From Pseudomonadota bacterium (GTDB taxonomy: Bacteria > Myxococcota > Myxococcia > Myxococcales > Myxococcaceae): DNA of 64,000 nucleotides. The translations under genes were made by a program, and so were the position numbers. The notes under the pieces were generated by a model that worked only from the letters and a program-made list of their open reading frames with translations, was not told the origin of the DNA and searched no databases. Location: contig JAFAAN010000147.1 of NCBI GenBank assembly GCA_023426545.1, positions 1,836 to 65,835 on the forward strand, given 5' to 3'. Positions 58,301-64,000 of this stretch are shown piece after piece. The number at the start of each line of letters is the position of its first letter. Position 1 is the stretch's first letter.

Positions 58301-59146
58301 CTTCGTCACCTCGGGGAGTTCGTCACCCAGCGCCTCCTCCAGCGCCACCAGCGAGGCCGCGCCGCCCACGTACCAGGCGTCCGCCTCGCGGCGGATGGCG
58401 CGCAGGGACTCCACGCCCTCGGTGGAGATGAGGAAGGGATAGCGGCGGGACTTCTTGGTGATGTCCACGCCCAGCTCGGTGGCGCCCGCGACCAGGTGCG
58501 CCTCCGGGTGCTTCGCGCGCAGCGCCAGCAGCTCCTCCCACGACGTGGGGCGGAGGAAGGTCTGCCCGCTCGCCTCGTAATGCAGCGGGGACAGCGGCTC
58601 GGCCGGGCCTTCGAGCGGCACGGCGGGAATCGCCCGGGCGGGGGACGCATCCGCGTCACGCGCAGCCAGGGCCTCCATCATCGCGTCGCGGATGGGGCGG
58701 TAGCCGGTGCAGCGGCAGATGTTGCCACACAGCTGGTCCGCCACGGTCGAGGGCGCACAGACGTCCTTGCGCGAGTACGCCTCCGCCATGGAGACGATGA
58801 AGCCCGGGGTGCAGAATCCACACTGCGAGCCATAGTGCTTCACCATGGCCTGCTGCACGGGGTGGAGCTTGTCGCCGCTGCCCACGCCCTCCACCGTGAC
58901 CAGCTCGCGGCCGGCCACCATGGGCACCAGGGTGATGCAGGCATTGAAGGCGCGCAGGCACCGGTTGCCCTCGGCGTCCTTGTCCACCATGGCCACGGTG
59001 CACGCGCCGCAGTCTCCCTCGGCGCAGCCCTGCTTGGTGCCGGTGAAGCCCCGGGCGCGCAGGAAGTCGAGCAGCGTGGTGTTGGGGGAGACGCCATCGA
59101 CGCGGACGGCCGCGCCATTGAGCCGGAACTCGAACATGTTGCTCAT
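55325..59146 (-). CDS. Xanthine dehydrogenase with XdhA (2Fe-2S + FAD) and XdhB (molybdopterin) fused in one 1273-aa polypeptide
   Basis: ATG at 59146 follows AGGAGA. The Fe-S motifs are CAEGDCGACTV, GSQCGFCTPGF and CGNICRCTGY. The FAD domain has HLVAGATELGVD. The frame continues without a stop through the linker FSGSRSPALDAAPGFERGDAQAPADAG into the Mo-binding part (HESAVGHVTGGARYVDD, GGGFGGKE, GTEMGQGL). The ORF-track start at 59977 is rejected. Confidence 0.9.
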   Translation of the reverse strand: MSNMFEFRLNGAAVRVDGVSPNTTLLDFLRARGFTGTKQGCAEGDCGACTVAMVDKDAEGNRCLRAFNACITLVPMVAGRELVTVEGVGSGDKLHPVQQAMVKHYGSQCGFCTPGFIVSMAEAYSRKDVCAPSTVADQLCGNICRCTGYRPIRDAMMEALAARDADASPARAIPAVPLEGPAEPLSPLHYEASGQTFLRPTSWEELLALRAKHPEAHLVAGATELGVDITKKSRRYPFLISTEGVESLRAIRREADAWYVGGAASLVALEEALGDELPEVTKMLNVFASRQIRQRATLAGNLVTASPIGDMAPVLLALDASLVLGSVRGERTVALSEFFLTYRKTALQPDEVVRHIIIPHAAVPEGGRRLADSFKVSKRRELDISIVAAGFRVELDASGVVRLARLGYGGVAATPVRARRAEAVLTGQPWTAETVAQVLPVLAEELTPISDLRGSAEYRRGLVAGLFEKFFSGSRSPALDAAPGFERGDAQAPADAGRSLRHESAVGHVTGGARYVDDMAQRQPMLEVWPVCAPHAHARILKRDPTAARKVPGVVKVLMAEDVPGMNDTGPIRHDEPLLADREVLFHGQIVALVVGESVEACRAGARAVEVEYEPLPAILTVEDAVARGSYHTEPHVIRRGDVEAALASSPHRVSGTLDIGGQEHFYLETHAAFADRGDDGDITVVSSTQHPSEVQAIISHVLDLPRSRVVVKAPRMGGGFGGKETQGNAPAALVSLAAWHTGRPARWMLDRDVDMMVTGKRHPFHASYEVGFDEKGRLLALRVQLVSNGGWSLDLSESILDRALFHLDNAYYVPALSYAGQVAKTHLVSNTAFRGFGGPQGMLVMEEVLARVARAVGLPAEEVRERNLYRGTGETNTTHYGQALEDERILRIWEELKASSDFERRRSEVDAFNARSPFIKRGLAITPMKFGISFTATFLNQAGALVHVYRDGSVMVSHGGTEMGQGLHTKVQGVVMRELGVEAGAVRLAKTATDKVPNTSATAASSGSDLNGAAVRAACVTLRERLAPVAARLLSERHGRSVAPDALLFSDGKVGPRGEPEATLPFADVVEAAYLARVSLSTTGYYQTPGIGYDKAQGRGRPFLYFAYGAAVCEVELDGHTGVKRVLRVDLLEDVGDSLNPGVDRGQIEGGFVQGLGWLTGEELRWDANGRLLTHSASTYAVPAFSDAPIDFRVRLLERAHQHNTIHGSKAVGEPPLMLAMSAREALRDAVAAFGPAGGEVELASPATHEALFLAIQKRLARGAREDGLEAA

Positions 59147-59979
59147 TCTCCTGAGGAGACCCCGCGCGCGCGGGGCGTCTCCGAGGCCGGGGCCTCGGCG
59201 GTAGTGTCGGCGTCCGCGCCGTGGTGATGGAGCTGGAGGAGGCCAGCGGCGACGCTCACCGCGACCTCCTGGGGCGTCTTGCCGCCAATCTCCAGGCCCA
59301 TGGGGCAGTGCACGCGGGCGAGCTGCGCCGCCGTCGCGCCCCGGGCCTCCAGCCGCTGGCGGAAGCGGGCCCACTTGGAGCGGCTGCCGATGAGGCCCAC
59401 GTAGCGCGTGGGCTTCTCCATGGCGAAGGCGATGATGTCCTGGTCCATGTCGTGCCGGTGCGTCATCACCGCGACGTACGTCCGGCGCGCGTCCCAGACG
59501 GCGCGGGAGGCGAAGACGTCCCAGGGCTCCTCGTGGCGCACCACCGATTGGGGGATGCGCTCGCCCTGGAGCCACTCCGGGCGCTCGTCCACGAGGTGGA
59601 CCTGGAACGGCGTGTCCTCCAGCGTGCGGCACAGGGCCTGCCCCACGTGGCCGGCGCCGAAGAGGTACAGGCGCGGGCCGTGGTTCATCGGCTCCACGAA
59701 GACGTCCACCACGCCGCCGCAGCACTGGCCGAGCTTCGAGCCCAGCGGATACCGGAACGCACGGGGTTCCCCTTTCTCCAGGCAGGCGCGCGCGTCCGCC
59801 AGGACGAGCTGCTCCAGGTGCCCGCCGCCGACGGTGCCGCGGAACGTCCCGTCCGCGCGCACGAGCAGCTTCGCGCCAGGCCTGGCGGGAGTGCTTCCCT
59901 GACACACCGTCACGGTCGCTACGGCGAATGGAACATCCTCCCGCGACCACTCCGCCAACTGGCGGACCCAATCCCACAT
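59143..59979 (-). CDS. xdhC: XdhC-family xanthine dehydrogenase maturation factor
   Basis: ATG is at 59979 (MWDWVRQLAEW). It has the XdhC blocks FAVATV..GSTPARPGAKLLV, GTVGGGHLE, CGG.VDVFVEP and the Rossmann motif LYLFGAGHVGQAL. It overlaps the dehydrogenase start by 4 nt (ATGA). Confidence 0.88.
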   Translation of the reverse strand: MWDWVRQLAEWSREDVPFAVATVTVCQGSTPARPGAKLLVRADGTFRGTVGGGHLEQLVLADARACLEKGEPRAFRYPLGSKLGQCCGGVVDVFVEPMNHGPRLYLFGAGHVGQALCRTLEDTPFQVHLVDERPEWLQGERIPQSVVRHEEPWDVFASRAVWDARRTYVAVMTHRHDMDQDIIAFAMEKPTRYVGLIGSRSKWARFRQRLEARGATAAQLARVHCPMGLEIGGKTPQEVAVSVAAGLLQLHHHGADADTTAEAPASETPRARGVSSGE

Positions 59980-60141
59980 GGTCCGACCGAGTCTGCCACA
60001 GGCCGTGGCGCTGTCGTTACGTTCATGACTCGGAGTGTGGGTCAGCGCGCATGACGCACCCGGCAAGAGGCCCGCCGGTGGGCCCGCGGCGCCTCGAACT
60101 CCGCCAACGGCCCGGCCCGGCGCGCCCGAGCCGCCGGCAAC

Positions 60142-61473
60142 TCACGCCGGCATGGCCGAGGGAGGGCTGTCGGCAGTGGAGCGCCGCATCGGCTGGGCCT
60201 TCCCATACGTCAGCGAGCGCCACACCCATTCCACGGGTCCGAAGCGGAAGCGGGACAGCCACAGGTGGCTCCACAGCACCTGGACGCAGAAGACGCCCAG
60301 GCAGATGGCGACGCATGCGAAGGGGCCTCGCTTGCCCACCTGACCCAGGCCGTAGCCGTAGAAGATGAGCACGCTGATGACAGTCTGTGACAGGTAGTTC
60401 GTCAGCGCCATGCGGCCCGCCGGCGCGAGCAGCCCCAGCACCCGCTGCCAGACCGCGCGCTGGAAGAGCAGGGTGATGCCCGCCACATAGACGGCCGCGA
60501 ACCCCAGTTGTCCCAGGTTGCGCAGCGGTGCCACCACGAATGGCAGCCACGGCGGCATGGACTCCGGCGTGAAGACCTTCCACCGCATGAGCAGATGGAG
60601 CGTGAGTCCCGCGCCGCTGCCGAGGACACCGGCCACCAGCCCCCAGCTCAGCAAGCGGCGGAAGAAGCCCAGGTGGCGGGACACGTCATGGAAGAGCCGG
60701 CGCCGGCCGGCCCAGAGCCCGAGCGCGAACCGGCCCAGGGTCGACAGCAGGCCGGAGACCATCATCGGCAGGAACTCGCCGCGGTAGTACGTGGCGCTCA
60801 CCTTCACCACCTCCAGCCAGCTTCCCCCGGTGATGGCCGCCAGCATCTGCGCGTGATGCGCCATGGTGCGCTCGCGTGACGCCTTCATGAGCGCCGCGCC
60901 GGCCTCCGGCGTGTCCGCTAGGAGCTGGGGCAGCCGCATGATGGCCAGCTGGACCATGGGCCATATGAAACAGAGGGCCGCCGCGACGATGAGCAGCGTC
61001 CGGTCCGTACGCCGCCGCAGCAACAACAGGCCGAACCCCATGAGGGCATACGAGGAGAGGATGTCCCCGTACCAGAGCAGGAACAGGTGCATCAGCCCCA
61101 GCCCCAGCAGCACGGTGAGCCGCCGCGAGTAGAGCGGAACGATGGAGGCGCCCCGGGCGTCGGCGCGGTCGAGCTGCACCGCGAAGCCCAGCCCGAAGAG
61201 AAAGGCGAAGAGGGTGATGAACTTCCCACCCACCAACATCTCGTAGATGTACCGGGTGACGGTGTCCAGCAGCGGCGCGTTCTCCAGCGCCGCTCTGGCT
61301 TCCTCGGGCGGGCGGAAGATGGTGCCGCTGAACCACATGATGACGTTCGAGACGAAGACACCGAACAGCGCGAAGCCGCGCAGCGCATCGAGGACTTCCA
61401 ACCGCTCGTGAGCATCCACCGGACGGGCTTCGGCGAGCGCTGCTGGAGACTCGGAAGACGGGACAGGGGGCAT
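60142..61473 (-). CDS. DUF418-family (YeiB-like) polytopic membrane protein
   Basis: The N-terminal pattern is ERLEVLDALRGFALFGVFVSN. It has many TM helices. The C-terminal block is GRMALTNYLSQTVI...RFRFGPVEWVWRSLTYG. Confidence 0.8.
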   Translation of the reverse strand: MPPVPSSESPAALAEARPVDAHERLEVLDALRGFALFGVFVSNVIMWFSGTIFRPPEEARAALENAPLLDTVTRYIYEMLVGGKFITLFAFLFGLGFAVQLDRADARGASIVPLYSRRLTVLLGLGLMHLFLLWYGDILSSYALMGFGLLLLRRRTDRTLLIVAAALCFIWPMVQLAIMRLPQLLADTPEAGAALMKASRERTMAHHAQMLAAITGGSWLEVVKVSATYYRGEFLPMMVSGLLSTLGRFALGLWAGRRRLFHDVSRHLGFFRRLLSWGLVAGVLGSGAGLTLHLLMRWKVFTPESMPPWLPFVVAPLRNLGQLGFAAVYVAGITLLFQRAVWQRVLGLLAPAGRMALTNYLSQTVISVLIFYGYGLGQVGKRGPFACVAICLGVFCVQVLWSHLWLSRFRFGPVEWVWRSLTYGKAQPMRRSTADSPPSAMPA

Positions 61474-61606
61474 GGTGTCTGAACAACGGCACAGCCCCTC
61501 CTTGATTGCCAGTTTCCCTATTCCAATATTTCAATGCGTGGCATTCATCCCAGAACCGGACATGTAAAGGCTTTCAATCCCAGGAACGGACAACGCGGCC
61601 AGGGGA

Positions 61607-62281
61607 CTACACGCCGATACGTGGGCAGATGTCGCGCACGATGCAGGTCTCACATTTCGGCTTCCGGGCGGTGCAGGTGTACCGGCCATGGAGAACGGTG
61701 GCGGGACCGAAGAAGGTCCACTGTACGCGAGGGAGCAGCTTCATGAGGTCCTCCTCGATGGCCTCTGGCTTCTCCTTCTTCGTCAAACCCAGGCGCTGGC
61801 TGACGCGCGCGACGTGGGTGTCGACGATGATGCCTGACGGCTCGTTGAAGGCGGTGTTGAGGACGACGTTGGCCGTCTTCCGCGCCACGCCGGGGAGCGT
61901 CACGAGCTCGTCGATGGTGCGAGGCACCTCGCCGCCGAACGCCTCCAGCAGCTTGCGGCTCATGTTCTGCACGGACCGGGTCTTCTGTTTGAAGAAGCCG
62001 GTGGGCTTGAGGTCCTCCTCCAGAGCCGCCGTGTCCGCCTCCGCGAAGGCGCGCGGGTCGGGGTACTTGTGGAAGAGCGTGGCGGTCACCCGGTTGACGC
62101 GCTCGTCCGTGCACTGCGCGGCCAGGATGGTAGCGACGAGCAGTTCGAAGGGCGTGGACCAGTTGAGCTCGTAGCGCGCGTCCGGGTGGGCTTCTCGGAG
62201 GCGCTCGAGGAAGATGGCGGCTTTCTCGGTCGGGGTCATGGTGGCTTGAGTGGCGCTCACCCTACCCGGAGCGTCTGACAT
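61607..62281 (-). CDS. nth: Endonuclease III
   Basis: It has PFELLVATILAAQCTD, the HhH LVTLPGVARKTANVVL, the catalytic-region block IIVDTHV and the 4Fe-4S ligands CTARKPKCETCIVRDIC. An alternative ATG start is at 62239. Confidence 0.95.
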   Translation of the reverse strand: MSDAPGRVSATQATMTPTEKAAIFLERLREAHPDARYELNWSTPFELLVATILAAQCTDERVNRVTATLFHKYPDPRAFAEADTAALEEDLKPTGFFKQKTRSVQNMSRKLLEAFGGEVPRTIDELVTLPGVARKTANVVLNTAFNEPSGIIVDTHVARVSQRLGLTKKEKPEAIEEDLMKLLPRVQWTFFGPATVLHGRYTCTARKPKCETCIVRDICPRIGV

Positions 62282-62374
62282 GCGTCATGGGGGATTGCGT
62301 GGCGCGACCGCTGCCGCCACGCCGCGGGTTCTGGGTGGGGCGGCATCCTCCGCCCGTGACCGCGCCGTCTGCCT

Positions 62375-64000
62375 TCACCCTCGCGGCGCGAGCTGCCGGA
62401 GCAGCCGCACCGTCTCCGGCGCGGCCAGGGTGGGCGTATACGCGGTGAGCGCCACGCCGGACACGACGCGGGTGATGTTGTGGTCCACCTTGCCCGGCTG
62501 GGACCAGACCGCTCCGGTAGGTGAGGTGATGTACGCGGAGAGGGTGTGGTGGCCGGTGCCCGGCCGCTCGCCGATGACGTGGATGAGGGCCCGGTGCCGC
62601 CCCGCATCGGCCAGAGCGCCGTAGAGCGCCTCGCCCACGCGGTAGCCCGCGCGCACGCGCCCGGAGGTGAGCACCAGATGCTCCGGCGCCGGTTGGTAGC
62701 CCGCCGCGCCCAGCGCCGCGCGAAGGGCTTCCAGATAGGGTTCGAGCTGCCCCTCGTCCATGATGGCCAGCGCGTTGAGCCCGTCGGACACCATCAACTG
62801 CACGTCGTATCGGCCGTCGTGGCGCGCGCGCATCGCCCGCAGCGTCTCCAGGGACGCGGCGTCGAGCTGCTCGCCCGTCTCCGGGTGGAGGATGTACTCC
62901 GTGCGGTCCTGTGACTTCGACACCAGCCGGACCCCCGAGGGCACGGTGGAGATGAACGCCGGGGTCAGCTCCGTCCACAGGCTCTGCTTCGCGTCCGCGT
63001 AGACGCGGCGCATCTCCGCGTCCAACGTGGGCTCCAGGTCCCACGGGTTCGCGCCGTGGCCTCGCGCGATGGACACGCCGCGCGAGCGCACCTCCGCGAG
63101 CTGTCGCTCCGCGTCCGCCCGGATGTCCGCCTCGGGGCGCGCGTCGCCCTTCGCGCGCAGGTACTGGAGGTAGACCCAGACAGGGTCTCCGAAGTGCGCG
63201 GTGGGCTGGCCCTGCGCGTCGATGACGCCCAGGCGCTGGAAGAAGGCCCACATCCGGTCGTCCACCTTGTAGCCGAACCGCTCACGGATGCGGACGTGGT
63301 CCTGGAAGCCGGTGGTGAGGTAGCCCAGCATCGGGTCGTTCTTCGTGGGCAGCGCCATCAGGTACGCTGGATTCGCGGGCATGATGCGCTCGATGCACCA
63401 GTCCAGGTCATCCAGCGACACGTCCATGTGGAGCGTGGAGCAGACGTCCAGGCCAAGGGTGAGCCCGTGCAGCTTGCCCATGGCGATGTCTTCCAGGCAG
63501 CAGCGCACGAGCTGCTCGCGGGTGCGGAACACCTCCGGCCCGATGAAGCCCGCGACGTCGTTGACGTGGACCCACGGCTCGGCCGCGTGCCCCGCCTCCT
63601 GCCGGGCCCGGGCCACGCGCTGGGACAGGGCCCGCGCGAAGCCGTACTTGCGCGACTCGTGGAGGACCATGTCATAGCCATGGCCGTGGCCGTTGGTGAA
63701 GTCCGCGCCCTGGCCCGTCTCGAAATAGAGGCCATACGGGCCGGTGCGGCTGTCCGCGTAGGCGAGCATCTTCTCCACGGAGATGTCGAAGGTGGCGTTG
63801 GCGCTGTCGCTTCCCGCGATGCTCTGGAACCAGACGCCCGTGGTGCCCGGCTGCCGGCGCTCCACCTCCGCCTGCACGTCGATGTGTGACAGCACGCAGT
63901 GGGGGAGCACGTCCACCAAGCCGAAGGTCACCAGCACCTCTTGGAGCGCGGACTCGATGGCGCCCACGGACTCCGGCGTGGAGGACACCGGGTTGCACCC
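62375..64000 (-). CDS. Ethanolamine ammonia-lyase with large (EutB) and small (EutC) subunits fused; N-terminus lies beyond the window
   Basis: The frame is open to nt 64000. The EutB-like region has YFETGQGADFTNGHGHGYDMV and LGLDVCSTLHMD. It continues without a stop into a EutC-like region (DVQLMVSDGLNALAI, IHVIGERPGTGHHTLSAYITSP). Confidence 0.85.
   Translation of the reverse strand, partial: GCNPVSSTPESVGAIESALQEVLVTFGLVDVLPHCVLSHIDVQAEVERRQPGTTGVWFQSIAGSDSANATFDISVEKMLAYADSRTGPYGLYFETGQGADFTNGHGHGYDMVLHESRKYGFARALSQRVARARQEAGHAAEPWVHVNDVAGFIGPEVFRTREQLVRCCLEDIAMGKLHGLTLGLDVCSTLHMDVSLDDLDWCIERIMPANPAYLMALPTKNDPMLGYLTTGFQDHVRIRERFGYKVDDRMWAFFQRLGVIDAQGQPTAHFGDPVWVYLQYLRAKGDARPEADIRADAERQLAEVRSRGVSIARGHGANPWDLEPTLDAEMRRVYADAKQSLWTELTPAFISTVPSGVRLVSKSQDRTEYILHPETGEQLDAASLETLRAMRARHDGRYDVQLMVSDGLNALAIMDEGQLEPYLEALRAALGAAGYQPAPEHLVLTSGRVRAGYRVGEALYGALADAGRHRALIHVIGERPGTGHHTLSAYITSPTGAVWSQPGKVDHNITRVVSGVALTAYTPTLAAPETVRLLRQLAPRG

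Noticed and set aside
55109-59227. 578-aa and 767-aa plus-strand ORFs (55109-56845 and 56924-59227) opposite the xanthine dehydrogenase
   Set aside because: They are antisense to a gene with Fe-S, FAD and Mo-cofactor motifs. Their composition is artefactual.
59147-59977. 277-codon N-terminal extension of the xanthine dehydrogenase ORF (track start 59977)
   Set aside because: The extension is Arg/Pro/Gly-rich and overlaps the well-supported xdhC gene in another frame. A good AGGAGA RBS and the canonical MSNMFEFRLNG ferredoxin-domain start are at 59146.

Overview
High-GC window (about 68-71% GC by eye) with myxobacterial gene content (Myxococcus/Corallococcus-like): several eukaryotic-like Ser/Thr kinases, many FHA domains, an FHA-type sigma-54 activator, a PEGA-domain kinase and numerous lipoproteins. 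I support about 47 protein-coding genes. I found no rRNA, tRNA, CRISPR array or recognisable transposase or integrase. Housekeeping anchors are glyQ-glyS (10659-13749), polA (24717-27443) and nth (61607-62281). The main feature is a co-directional seven-gene module (13888-24671) between glyS and polA. It encodes two beta-propeller-like lipoproteins, an RHH-FHA protein, a CpaA prepilin peptidase, a CpaC secretin, a CpaF ATPase with an N-terminal FHA domain, and a 2xFHA-TM-periplasmic repeat protein. This is half of a Tad-like machine: pilin, TadB/C and CpaB/E genes are absent from the window. From memory, its architecture matches the split Kil contact-dependent prey-killing apparatus of Myxococcus xanthus. 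Other notable items are a single-polypeptide XdhA-XdhB xanthine dehydrogenase with xdhC upstream, a fused EutB-EutC ethanolamine ammonia-lyase running off the 3' edge, an orphan MbtH-like gene, a small secreted three-repeat Cys protein, a PQQ sugar dehydrogenase with two CXXCH motifs, and a StyA-like monooxygenase with no StyB. The many long antisense ORFs in the track are high-GC artefacts and were rejected. All functional calls come from motif recognition by eye, with no database searches.
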